This document shows positions 48,865 through 57,852 of a stretch of 64,000 bases of DNA, one piece after another. This DNA comes from a virus. A program made the position numbers and the translations under genes. The notes under the pieces were generated by a model, which saw only the letters and a program-made list of their open reading frames with translations, was not told the DNA's origin and ran no database searches. Position 1 is the first letter of the stretch. Each line of letters starts with the position of its first letter. The DNA lies in IMG/VR virus record IMGVR_UViG_3300035676_000002, positions 48,443-112,442 of that record; one strand, given 5' to 3'.

Positions 48865-49299
48865 ATGAGTGACCCATTCCTGCGTGATGCGGTGAATCTT
48901 CTCGTTAATATGCCCAAAATTCCCCTAGGATGGGGATGGAGGGAAAGCCGTGTTTCGTATGATGGAACTTCCCATGATGGAGGCGATCTTGATTTCCTAT
49001 TTGAACAGACAAAAGATTTTCTTATTTTAAAAGTCGATGTTGGTTCATGTAGGGATTTGCAAGTAATTCCATCACGGGACGAATACGGAAGGCAATCCAT
49101 TATGATTCATTGCATTAAGAACCTTCGCAATGAAAATTGCTACTTAACCGTTGATGTTCCTAAAAATGTTGACCTAGCAACTCTAGCTACAGGGGAAGCG
49201 TGCGTTGAAAATGGTATCCTTACTCTTAAACTACCATACGCAGTAAGTCATGCTCCTGTAAAAATTACATATAAATCACCGCAGATCACACATAAATAA
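48865..49299 (+). CDS. Small heat-shock (Hsp20/alpha-crystallin)-like protein
   Basis: GGAGG RBS before ATG 48865; VPKNVDL....A.VENGILTLKLP motif. Confidence 0.65.
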   Translation: MSDPFLRDAVNLLVNMPKIPLGWGWRESRVSYDGTSHDGGDLDFLFEQTKDFLILKVDVGSCRDLQVIPSRDEYGRQSIMIHCIKNLRNENCYLTVDVPKNVDLATLATGEACVENGILTLKLPYAVSHAPVKITYKSPQITHK

Positions 49300-49316
49300 A
49301 CTTCTCGCGCACCATT

Positions 49317-49362
49317 AAAATAGGGATTTGTCATTTCCACTCTTGACAAGTCCCTATTTTTT
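49317..49362 (+). terminator. Long hairpin/terminator overlapping a promoter -35 box
   Basis: AAAATAGGGATTTGTCA-N10-TGACAAGTCCCTATTTT followed by a T-run. Confidence 0.7.
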
Positions 49363-49371
49363 TGCTACACT
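49343..49371 (+). promoter_or_regulatory. Sigma70-like promoter TTGACA-N17-TACACT
   Basis: Direct read; TG extension. Confidence 0.65.
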
Positions 49372-49394
49372 GTTCTAAAGTGAGGAATAAAGAA

Positions 49395-49589
49395 ATGCCC
49401 TATACGTGCGCGGCGTGCAAGAAGGAGATCAATGGTATCCCATTACGATACCCTACTGATGACACACTTGAGACAATTCTAGAATTTTGTAGCGTTTTTT
49501 GCTTATCGGATTTTTGGGCAACAACGCATTATGGTCCAGTAACAATGCTCGCACAAGAGGATAAACCAAATGATGAAGTGGCTCATTAG
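49395..49589 (+). CDS. Small TRASH/MYM-like zinc-binding protein
   Basis: CAACKKEI...FCSVFCL. Confidence 0.6.
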   Translation: MPYTCAACKKEINGIPLRYPTDDTLETILEFCSVFCLSDFWATTHYGPVTMLAQEDKPNDEVAH

Positions 49590-50157
49590 TTTTTTAATTG
49601 CTGTCCCGTGCCTTGCTCAAACACCGGAAGTTCCTACCCCACCTGTCTCCGGTCATATCGCAAGTGCCTATATGAATTATGAGCCAATTGTCAGCGAGGC
49701 ATTTGATTCTGGCCCATGCCATGAAATCTATGATCCTATTGGCGTTACTATTCCAAGAGGACGAAGCGTGAAAGTAGGAAGAGAGGATGGATTCCCCGTA
49801 TTAATTGGTGGGGAAAATGCCTCGCTCTGCACGATGGAACTGGTGCTTTCCTATGATCCGACAAAAATCCGATGGGAACGATATACCGCTTCCAGCATCT
49901 TTAATAATTGTTATGTTGGTGCATCGAAGCCAACAGGAACAAATCTCATGCACTTCGCTATTATGTGCCCTACGGCAAGGGCATTTAAAGATGCAGCGGC
50001 GTTCCTAATGTTTACGCCAATAGCGGCTGGCCCAAGCTTAATTAAGATAGATAAGTGTGAATTTATAACACCATGTAGCACGGATGGTAATTGGCTACTT
50101 AAGAAGATTAATTGTAATCTTAAAAATGATTCCTTAAAGCTTTCCAATATCCGGTAA
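49570..50157 (+). CDS. Secreted cohesin-like beta-sandwich protein
   Basis: Signal peptide; MELVLSYDPTKI motif and ..F.PIAAGPS.I typical of cohesin-like folds. Confidence 0.55.
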   Translation: MMKWLISFLIAVPCLAQTPEVPTPPVSGHIASAYMNYEPIVSEAFDSGPCHEIYDPIGVTIPRGRSVKVGREDGFPVLIGGENASLCTMELVLSYDPTKIRWERYTASSIFNNCYVGASKPTGTNLMHFAIMCPTARAFKDAAAFLMFTPIAAGPSLIKIDKCEFITPCSTDGNWLLKKINCNLKNDSLKLSNIR

Positions 50158-50594
50158 TGGCACTGGATACAATACACACCGACGACGAGCGTGCAATCGA
50201 AGAAGTGCTCTATCGCTTCGATTGCGAAATTGTCGAAAAAACCGCTCAGATGCTTGAGTGGTATTGGACAGATAATGGAGATACGTTTCTACCAGATCAG
50301 CGTACTATTCTTCGTAGGGCGCGGTCGCTCTGCGAACAGGTTTGTGCGCTCTATCGAAGAAAGCTTGAGGAGGACGGAGAAGCTGGGGCGATATGCCTAG
50401 TGGAATATGGAATTCGCGCTATTCGTGATGATACGCTACTAACACTGGAATTTATTGTTACCGAAGCTGATGCCATAGCTGGAGAAGCAGCGGGACGATG
50501 CGACTTATGTAAGCGCGATGTAGCATTTGACTCATTGTGCCCAACGTGCAAAAAGTGGATTTGCGATTGGTGCGAGCATACACACAATGATTAA
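50157..50594 (+). CDS. Hypothetical protein, Cys-rich C-terminus
   Basis: Coupled ORF; CDLC..CPTC..CDWC. Confidence 0.55.
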   Translation: MALDTIHTDDERAIEEVLYRFDCEIVEKTAQMLEWYWTDNGDTFLPDQRTILRRARSLCEQVCALYRRKLEEDGEAGAICLVEYGIRAIRDDTLLTLEFIVTEADAIAGEAAGRCDLCKRDVAFDSLCPTCKKWICDWCEHTHND

Positions 50595-50886
50595 ATACAA
50601 GGAGTTGGTACGAGAAATGAAAAAGATCGACAAGCAGGGACAGCCAGAATTGCCGATTATTGAAATTACTGGTATGCGGGACGAAGTATATACCGTCTTA
50701 ACAATGAACCTTGATGATAATACTTTTCGATTATTTGTAGAAGAGGGGAGGCGCATTGCGGACGATCAGAAATATTTTGAAATTGGCTTTCTTCATGCAT
50801 TAGAGGAAACGCTTAAAAAGGAAATCCCAATCAAGAAAGTAAAGAAACATGGCACTACGCGAACAAGAAAAAGTAACAATCGTTAA
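50587..50886 (+). CDS. Hypothetical protein
   Basis: Coupled ORF starting MIKYKELV. Confidence 0.5.
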   Translation: MIKYKELVREMKKIDKQGQPELPIIEITGMRDEVYTVLTMNLDDNTFRLFVEEGRRIADDQKYFEIGFLHALEETLKKEIPIKKVKKHGTTRTRKSNNR

Positions 50887-51082
50887 GTCTACTATGCACA
50901 TTATGCGTCAGTTGATTCTGGCGCAGAAGCTTGATTCCGACCAAGACTTATGGGATGATCGGTACAAGCTGCGTAAGCTTACCTACGATGGGCTTGGCAA
51001 CGCAATTCGTACTATCGCACCGGGGGTCAATATCAACCCCTATCCAGAAAAGGAAACATTCCCTCATTATAGGAAGTCGTAA
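50849..51082 (+). CDS. Hypothetical protein
   Basis: ORF coupled to the next gene (TAATG). Confidence 0.5.
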   Translation: MALREQEKVTIVKSTMHIMRQLILAQKLDSDQDLWDDRYKLRKLTYDGLGNAIRTIAPGVNINPYPEKETFPHYRKS

Positions 51083-51279
51083 TGCCCATTTATCAGTACC
51101 TCTGTCCGAAATGTGGTGTTTTTGAAGAATGGATGAGCATACACGCACCAGACTTGACACGCTGCCCGAAGTGTGGTAAAAGTGTTGAGAAGCAATTAGG
51201 CACGGCAAGTCTCCAATTTAAGGGCAAGGGATTTTATATCAACGATTACGGAAAGGGGAAAGGAAGTGGAGCTTCCTAG
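51082..51279 (+). CDS. FmdB-family zinc ribbon protein
   Basis: MPIYQYLCPKCG..FE...CPKCG...FKGKGFYINDY. Confidence 0.88.
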   Translation: MPIYQYLCPKCGVFEEWMSIHAPDLTRCPKCGKSVEKQLGTASLQFKGKGFYINDYGKGKGSGAS

Positions 51280-52168
51280 TTATTCATCAATCTATAATCT
51301 CGGACATAAGGCCATTGCTGATCTTTTTACCAAAGAAGTAATCGTTGAGGAAAAGGTCGATGGAAGTCAATTTGCTTTTGGCGTGCTTAACGGAGAAATC
51401 AAGATTCGCTCCAAGCGTCAAAACATGATTGTAGATTATCCAGAGAAGATGTTTCAGCTTGGCGCACTGACGGCTAAGACGCTTGCGCCATTTCTCAAGC
51501 CAAATTGGATTTACTATGGAGAATTCCTCAGTAAGCCCAAGCACAATTCATTAAAGTACAGTCGTGTGCCGAATGCGAATATCATTATTTTCGATATTGT
51601 GCGAGGAGGAGGCACCGAAGATTATCTACAGTATGATGAAAAGCTCCGTGAATCGCACGATATTGGCCTTGAATGTGTTCCGCTGCTTGATTGTGGACAT
51701 ATTACTGGTCCAGATTCTATTCGTCATTTGCTCGAAAAGGAATCTGTTCTTGGTGGGTCAAAGATCGAAGGAGTTGTCGTTAAGCCAAGCCACTACGATT
51801 GTTTTGGCGTCGATAAGCGCGTGCTCATGGGGAAATATGTATCAGAGGCTTTCAAGGAAACCCATAAGGTCGAATGGAAGCAGAATGATGATATTTTCGT
51901 TTCGCTTATTAAGGCGCTTAAGACTGATGCGCGTTGGGAAAAGGCGATTCAGCATCTACGGGATGCCGGGACATTAGAGGATTCCCCACGGGATATTGGT
52001 CCGCTAATGAAGGAAATTGCAGAGGATATCGAGCGTGAAGAATCCGATATGATTCGGGATACGCTGTTCAAGTGGGCGTTTCCGCGTATTAAGCGTGCAG
52101 TTGTTAGCCAGTTTCCAGAATGGTACAAGCAGCGATTACTGGATAAGCAATTCGATGAAACTCGATAG
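51266..52168 (+). CDS. RNA ligase (Rnl2-like nucleotidyltransferase)
   Basis: Motif I EEKVDGS, YGEF, IIFDI, VPLL, EGVVVK, GKYVS..FKE. Confidence 0.82.
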   Translation: MELPSYSSIYNLGHKAIADLFTKEVIVEEKVDGSQFAFGVLNGEIKIRSKRQNMIVDYPEKMFQLGALTAKTLAPFLKPNWIYYGEFLSKPKHNSLKYSRVPNANIIIFDIVRGGGTEDYLQYDEKLRESHDIGLECVPLLDCGHITGPDSIRHLLEKESVLGGSKIEGVVVKPSHYDCFGVDKRVLMGKYVSEAFKETHKVEWKQNDDIFVSLIKALKTDARWEKAIQHLRDAGTLEDSPRDIGPLMKEIAEDIEREESDMIRDTLFKWAFPRIKRAVVSQFPEWYKQRLLDKQFDETR

Positions 52169-52269
52169 TAATGATTATGAGGCATTAGAATGGATTTTAA
52201 CAATTATAGAAATTTTCTACGCGCCTCTTCTTATTGCCTATGTCCTTAAAAGAAGGAAAAGAAGGAAAG

Positions 52270-52689
52270 ATGGTACGACTCACACCGGATGAATTGCGCC
52301 TTATGTATCCTGCCCTTCTGGAACACGCAGATATTGAGTGCCAAGAAGGGTGGGCAGATTTGATTCGCATTGCGTGCGATGCTTTGTCCAATGAGCGATT
52401 TAAGGGAGTTCAGATTTTCCAGATTAAGGAGAAGTTTGGGCAATTGCGGATTAACCTTGCTCCCGGCGTTGGGTTATCTCTTACTGATAAGTACATAGAT
52501 GAACTCTGGAGCGTTCTCGAAAGCGTCGAGCGATTATCAAGGTATTTTTGCGAATTTTGCGGGGATGTACGTGGTGTAACCACAGCTTCTATTCCCACGG
52601 GTGCGCCGTATGGATGGATTAAAACGCTATGCACAAAATGCAGGGGGAAAGTCGATGAAGAACGCGCTTCTCGCGTTGGTACTCATTAG
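52270..52689 (+). CDS. Conserved phage hypothetical protein (QIKEKFG.LR family)
   Basis: GWADLI...QIKEKFGQLR...CEFCG...GWIKTLC..C. Confidence 0.7.
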   Translation: MVRLTPDELRLMYPALLEHADIECQEGWADLIRIACDALSNERFKGVQIFQIKEKFGQLRINLAPGVGLSLTDKYIDELWSVLESVERLSRYFCEFCGDVRGVTTASIPTGAPYGWIKTLCTKCRGKVDEERASRVGTH

Positions 52690-52819
52690 TTTTCCTTCGC
52701 TTGCCTATGCGGGGGATAAAGATGATCTTGTTTTTTCCCAATTTCCGGTCTATATGGGGTATTATTTCCTTGTTATGGTTGCGTTATTTCTTTTAATACA
52801 AAGGGGTAAAAAACAATGA
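52655..52819 (+). CDS. Tiny protein: signal peptide, transmembrane helix, basic tail
   Basis: MKNALLALVLISFPSLAYA...YYFLVMVALFLLIQRGKKQ. Confidence 0.5.
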   Translation: MKNALLALVLISFPSLAYAGDKDDLVFSQFPVYMGYYFLVMVALFLLIQRGKKQ

Positions 52820-53004
52820 ATGAAGTTCTCAAGGCAGATATTAAAAAGGCGGCATTGGATATGTTGTATCTTGTGCTCACAGCCGCAGGGTTTGTTGCCT
52901 TCGTGATATGTTGGGGCATGGCGTGCTTCTATTTCTATGATTCCGAAAATCCAATTATCCAATTCTTCATTAACTTCTTTGGCGTATGTGGCATCGGCGG
53001 ATAG
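52816..53004 (+). CDS. Small membrane protein
   Basis: ATGA-coupled; one long hydrophobic helix. Confidence 0.5.
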   Translation: MNEVLKADIKKAALDMLYLVLTAAGFVAFVICWGMACFYFYDSENPIIQFFINFFGVCGIGG

Positions 53005-55250
53005 ACTTATGGCTGAAGTTCTTCTTCTTCTGCCTTGTCCTTGCGATAGCCGTCCATTTTCGCACGCACTGGCTAACTATCGCGCCGGAAGGGATATGGT
53101 TTGATGAAGCACAGAACGTCCTCGTTGCCCAGCGCATCCTTAATGACCCCTCCTATCGCCCCGTTTTTATAGGCGAGTTAACACAACTTCCCGCTATCTT
53201 CTTTTATTGGTTCGCTCTTTTTGTAAAAGTGCTTGGACCAACCGTGCTGGCGGTTCGGATTCCCATGACAATTGTTGGGATCGGTGCTGTCATTGGCATA
53301 TTCTTTCTTGGGAAAGAGCTTTTCAATTGGCGCATCGGACTTATTGCCATGTTTATTCTCGGCGTAATGCGTTGGCACGTTAATTTCAGTCGATTCGGGC
53401 TTCATAGCGGATTTTCACCATTCTTTTTGGTGATGATGTTCTTCTGTATTCGCAATGCCCTTCGCACGGGGAATTTTTCGGCATTTATCGGTGCAGGATT
53501 ATGCATGGGACTAGGGTTGCAGGGGTATTATTCATTCTTATTCGCCCCCATTCTCCTTATTGTATATCTTATTCACTATCTCGCGCATACTGGTACGGGA
53601 CATTTCCGAAGATTTGCCGCTGGAATGGCACTTTATACGCTCTCAGCAGTTGCCGTCTATGCGCCGGTTGCCGTCTTTGCCGTACAGCATGGCGTAACAT
53701 TCTCGCAGCGATTATCAACGGTGCTTGGCGTCCATACAACCGATCTCTCTGTTGTCTATCCCGCAATTAAAAAGACAACCATAGAACATTTGAAAATGTT
53801 TACCGTGCAGGGAGATAATAACGGGCGTCATAATATTCCCGGTATGCCCATGTTGGACAAGTGGACCGGATATCTTTTTCTTTCCGGCATTGTTATTGCC
53901 ATACTTAATTTTTATAAACCACAATACTTCTTACTTCTAGCGTGGATTATGCTTTTCCTTCAAGGAGGCATCTGGTCTGTTGCCTTTGAATCACCACAAG
54001 CGCACCGTGTTTTTGCCGTGACACCGGCCATTGCGCTTCTTGCCGCCCTTCCGTTTGGGACAGTTTGGACATGGCTCGCCACACGTAGACGCAAGCGACC
54101 AACAGTACAATTTCTATTAGTTGCTCTCCTCTGTGTGCTTTGTTATCGTATTGCGCTCACGAATTGGAATGATTATTTTTCTGTTCAATTGCAACGATCT
54201 GACGTGCAGCAAGCCTACTCACTGGAAGAAACATGGGCAGGGGAAATTATCCAATCATTTCCAGAGAATCATCGCATCCTGCTATCAACATATTTGCTTG
54301 GTACGCCTACGGTTACACTCTTATCGCAAGGGAGACATAACGTGAGTCGCTTTCGGCCCATGACCGATTTGCCATTACGGAATCCAGAGCCAACGGTTAT
54401 TATTCTTTCGTGGCAAGAGTCTTTTACATATGATTTACTGCGCCTGTATTATCCAAAAGCAGAATTCCGCGCCCTTTCCACAGGAGACTCTACCCCGATT
54501 CTCTATCAGGCTGTTATTCAGCCACAGGACATAAAGGATACCAAGGGACTTCTTCGCCATATTGATACAGATAAGGATACGATCTGGCAGGGCTTTTTGA
54601 ATGTGCCCGAATTCCAATCGCTTTCTATTTCGGCGGCAACGAATATTCCGACATATATCCAATTCAATGAAGGCATTGTTACGCAATTCAAGGGAACCGA
54701 TCCGCATATCATTGATGGACCGTCTGGACTCATTGCTGTGACGATTGCGGTACGGGGCATTGCGGACACCGATATGCCGCCGCTCCTCTGGTCAATTAAC
54801 GGGCGCGCACCAGTACCAATTGGCTATGACGATTATTTTCGTTCTCCGGTTCGGCAGGTTGGATTACAAGCTGATTATTACCGTCCTGAGATAGAAGGCA
54901 AGCTCGCTTCGCGTATTGATCCTTCCCCCGGTGGACATATCCACATTCCTCCATTGTCAGTTCCCTATCGTATTGTGTGGCGTGGCTTTTTATCTATTAA
55001 GGAATCAGGAAATTATTCTTTTATGCTTCATGCTATTGATGCCGCAGAACTATATATTGACGATGTACCGATTATTCACTCTGATCGTAATACCATTGTT
55101 TCATCGCCCATTCCTCTCGCAAAAGGGAAAAGAAAAATTAGAATTGTGTTTAATGAGCGTGGCGGTTCACCGCATTTATGTGATTTGATGATGAAGGATG
55201 AAAAAAGCGGCTTCAAGCGCATTTCTCCTCTTGACTTTTCCGTATATTGA
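52986..55250 (+). CDS. GT-C fold membrane glycosyltransferase (PMT_2/GT39/ArnT-like) with C-terminal PA14-like domain
   Basis: First loop GIWFDEA (DE motif); G.T.LAVR; WHVNFSR; many TM helices; C-terminal YRIVWRGFLSIKESGNYSF...DAAELYIDD..I..L.KG.RKIRI.F.E.GG. Confidence 0.85.
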   Translation: MWHRRIDLWLKFFFFCLVLAIAVHFRTHWLTIAPEGIWFDEAQNVLVAQRILNDPSYRPVFIGELTQLPAIFFYWFALFVKVLGPTVLAVRIPMTIVGIGAVIGIFFLGKELFNWRIGLIAMFILGVMRWHVNFSRFGLHSGFSPFFLVMMFFCIRNALRTGNFSAFIGAGLCMGLGLQGYYSFLFAPILLIVYLIHYLAHTGTGHFRRFAAGMALYTLSAVAVYAPVAVFAVQHGVTFSQRLSTVLGVHTTDLSVVYPAIKKTTIEHLKMFTVQGDNNGRHNIPGMPMLDKWTGYLFLSGIVIAILNFYKPQYFLLLAWIMLFLQGGIWSVAFESPQAHRVFAVTPAIALLAALPFGTVWTWLATRRRKRPTVQFLLVALLCVLCYRIALTNWNDYFSVQLQRSDVQQAYSLEETWAGEIIQSFPENHRILLSTYLLGTPTVTLLSQGRHNVSRFRPMTDLPLRNPEPTVIILSWQESFTYDLLRLYYPKAEFRALSTGDSTPILYQAVIQPQDIKDTKGLLRHIDTDKDTIWQGFLNVPEFQSLSISAATNIPTYIQFNEGIVTQFKGTDPHIIDGPSGLIAVTIAVRGIADTDMPPLLWSINGRAPVPIGYDDYFRSPVRQVGLQADYYRPEIEGKLASRIDPSPGGHIHIPPLSVPYRIVWRGFLSIKESGNYSFMLHAIDAAELYIDDVPIIHSDRNTIVSSPIPLAKGKRKIRIVFNERGGSPHLCDLMMKDEKSGFKRISPLDFSVY

Positions 55251-55278
55251 TGCTACTATAGATTCATAAGGAGAACAC

Positions 55279-55680
55279 ATGACGAACTTCGTAGAGGGGA
55301 TAGCGCGGGTGTGCTATGAAGTGAATCGCGCTTATTGTCAGGCAATTGATGATTGGGATTTTCCTCCGTGGACTGAGGCTCCGCAATGGGCAAAGGATAC
55401 GTGCATGGATGGGGTCCGCTTCCATCTGGACAATCCCAAGGCAACGGTCAGCCAGAGCCACGAAAATTGGCTCAAGAAAAAGGAAGAAGAAGGTTGGACG
55501 TATGGGGAAGTGAAGGATACGGAACTCAAGAAGCATCCCTGCATTGTGCCGTTCGATGAATTGCCAGAGAAGCAGCGTGCAAAGGATTATATCTTTCGAC
55601 AAATTGTTCATTCGTGCGTCGGCTTACTCAATCAAGAAATGCTCATTGAATTCTATCTGAAGCCAAAGGGGAAGAAATGA
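55279..55680 (+). CDS. RyR-domain protein
   Basis: SHENWL.KK..EGWTYGEVKD...KKHPCIVPFDELPE.QRAKD. Confidence 0.88.
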   Translation: MTNFVEGIARVCYEVNRAYCQAIDDWDFPPWTEAPQWAKDTCMDGVRFHLDNPKATVSQSHENWLKKKEEEGWTYGEVKDTELKKHPCIVPFDELPEKQRAKDYIFRQIVHSCVGLLNQEMLIEFYLKPKGKK

Positions 55681-55952
55681 GGCAAATTTGGAAATGGGAA
55701 CTTGGTCCACGGGAGACACAGAAGCTTACGGTTCCGGTCGGGACTGTTTTCCTCAGTGCCGGGGAGCAGTTTGAAGCAATCATGGTATGGGGAATTGTAG
55801 ATATCAGTACCTCTGCACAGGAAATACGGACCATAGAGATTCATGGAACCGGACACCCCATTGAAAGTTCTATTCCTCTTGTTGGAAAGTTTCTTGGTCG
55901 CGCAAGCTTGAGTGGTGGGAAATACATCTTTCACATTTTTTCGGATTATTAA
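55677..55952 (+). CDS. Conserved phage hypothetical protein
   Basis: M.QIWKWEL...VW.IVD...GTGHP....FLG....HIF pattern. Confidence 0.65.
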   Translation: MRQIWKWELGPRETQKLTVPVGTVFLSAGEQFEAIMVWGIVDISTSAQEIRTIEIHGTGHPIESSIPLVGKFLGRASLSGGKYIFHIFSDY

Positions 55953-55966
55953 TATAGGAAATTGTT

Positions 55967-56389
55967 GTGGTTATCGCGCATAAAAATCTGCACAACCCTC
56001 ATTTATCCAGCGTAGCCATTCCCTGTCCAAATTGCGGAGCGCATATCTATGTCCCATATGACACTCTCCTCGATGCTGGGTCTACATTTCGTTGCCCGTG
56101 GTGTCTTTTGGATACTATTATCGGTGTATTTTATCCTGCTCAATATGCTACAATTACTTTGCTGCTTGAGCAAAAGGCGAAATTGGAACAGGAACGTAAT
56201 GAATTGGTCAAATTGTATGGCGAAGCTGATCTCAAATGCCAACAAATGCAAGAAAGGCTTACAGTGATCGAGGAGGAAAATATTAAACTCATTGATATCG
56301 TGAACGATCATTTAGAACACAATGAATGGTTGAATGGGGTAATGATGGATTATATGGAGGAACGAAAATGTCGGTTACGCGGATCATAA
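55967..56389 (+). CDS. Zinc-finger plus coiled-coil protein
   Basis: CPNC...CPWC followed by heptad repeats. Confidence 0.55.
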   Translation: MVIAHKNLHNPHLSSVAIPCPNCGAHIYVPYDTLLDAGSTFRCPWCLLDTIIGVFYPAQYATITLLLEQKAKLEQERNELVKLYGEADLKCQQMQERLTVIEEENIKLIDIVNDHLEHNEWLNGVMMDYMEERKCRLRGS

Positions 56390-56571
56390 CTTTGGGTGCG
56401 GCACTCCTCCTCACGGCAACCCCTTTTGTTCTTCCTACACCGGGGGGTCCATGCGGCACCAATCCGATTTTTGAAATCAAGAAAAGCCCAACGGACGGAT
56501 TATACCATATTTATTGTCAGCCACGGGAATGTGTGGCCGGTTGTAATCCTACCCCTGTTCCAACGCGATAA
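56368..56571 (+). CDS. Small secreted Cys/Pro-containing peptide
   Basis: GGAGG RBS; hydrophobic N-terminus; ends CNPTPVPTR. Confidence 0.5.
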   Translation: MSVTRIITLGAALLLTATPFVLPTPGGPCGTNPIFEIKKSPTDGLYHIYCQPRECVAGCNPTPVPTR

Positions 56572-56580
56572 GGAGGCACC

Positions 56581-56874
56581 ATGAAATTCACCTATGCAGG
56601 ACACGAATATCGAATCCGGTGGCAGCACGTCGATCTTGATGACGAAACCACCACCACATTTTGCAATATCGAACGAAAGGAGCGGAATGTTTACAACGCT
56701 TTTGCAACGGGGGCTTCAACGTGCGCTCCGACCGATCAATTCTGCAAGAACTTCGGTCGAAAGCTCTCCCTCTCCAGAGCCATGTCCCACGATTCGGGAT
56801 TCCGCCATATCTTCAACAAGGGATTTCGGCGCTACGTGTGGGAAGAGTACCGCCGCCAACTTGGACACTATTAA
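56581..56874 (+). CDS. Conserved phage hypothetical protein
   Basis: AGGAGG RBS; G.S.C.P.DQF.K..GRKLSL.RA motif. Confidence 0.65.
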   Translation: MKFTYAGHEYRIRWQHVDLDDETTTTFCNIERKERNVYNAFATGASTCAPTDQFCKNFGRKLSLSRAMSHDSGFRHIFNKGFRRYVWEEYRRQLGHY

Positions 56875-56888
56875 GAAAGGCAATCAAT

Positions 56889-57244
56889 ATGAGACTACGC
56901 TTTTTTGCGGATACTGTAATCTCCCTTCCACTACTGCATTGCATCCTGACTTACTTTCTCTTTCAACGGCTCCGCTCGCTGTGGATTTACAAGACTATGA
57001 TGTTTCGCAGCGTGATTATACGTTCCTCACGATTGAATTGACGTGTCCGCACTGTGCCAAGACACTTCATCGGAAAAGCTCCATTCCAGAACCATCAACG
57101 TTCGTGCCGGATACGCCATATGGAGGATACCGTCGTTACCGGGACTACTATCGTGGGAAAAGCCGTAGCCCGTCCCGTCAACTTGCACTCGACTATCGCC
57201 CACGGGTAGAATACTATCAAGGACAATGGATTACCTATGAGTGA
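56889..57244 (+). pseudogene. Zinc-ribbon protein apparently frameshifted at a T6 run
   Basis: ATG 56889 with RBS is out of frame with downstream CGYC...CPHC; T6 at 56901-56906. Confidence 0.4.
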
Positions 57245-57467
57245 AAAAAAAGTTACATGGGGATTATTCTTCCTTATTTTTCTCGGCGCGTGTGTTCTCT
57301 CCGCGTTTGCCTTTCTCCTTTCTGCCTATGCGGTATTCTGGCTGTGGCCTTATGCATTTGGGGCTTTTGATATTCCGTGCTTGACTTTCCAACAGGCGTG
57401 TGCTATCGTCGGTATCGTATGGGTACTGTCATTCCCGTTCAAATATAACTATACGGAGAACACATGA
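57237..57467 (+). CDS. Small membrane protein
   Basis: Two hydrophobic segments. Confidence 0.55.
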   Translation: MSEKKVTWGLFFLIFLGACVLSAFAFLLSAYAVFWLWPYAFGAFDIPCLTFQQACAIVGIVWVLSFPFKYNYTENT

Positions 57468-57658
57468 GTCGGCGTATTCAAATCGGTGATTATGTCTACG
57501 TGACGTTCCCTGACGGAAATTTTCTCTACGGAACGGTACTCGCTACCCCGCAGGACGTTGGGGATCAATGGGTATTGGAAGAAACAGGGGGTATTTTGCA
57601 CCATATTATTTTGTTTTGTCAGATGACGCAAATCAAAAAGAAGGAAACTCTCGCATGA
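57464..57658 (+). CDS. Small SH3-like hypothetical protein
   Basis: GGAG RBS; IQIGDYVYV...GTV. Confidence 0.5.
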   Translation: MSRRIQIGDYVYVTFPDGNFLYGTVLATPQDVGDQWVLEETGGILHHIILFCQMTQIKKKETLA

Positions 57659-57852
57659 TTCTCGAAACCAAGCCCTGTCCGTTCTGCGGTGGCAAAGATA
57701 TCGAACTCGATGAATTCGACGTAGAAGATCGAGAAGGCTTTCCCGTTCGGATGCTCTGTGCGCTCTGCGGAGCCATAGGACCGTGGGAATATGCACCGGA
57801 AACACTCAAGCTAGAAGTCGCCATGCAAATGTGGAATACGAGGTATACCTAA
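57655..57852 (+). CDS. Lar-family restriction-alleviation-like zinc finger protein
   Basis: KPCPFCGG...CALCGA.GP...A...WN.R. Confidence 0.8.
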   Translation: MILETKPCPFCGGKDIELDEFDVEDREGFPVRMLCALCGAIGPWEYAPETLKLEVAMQMWNTRYT

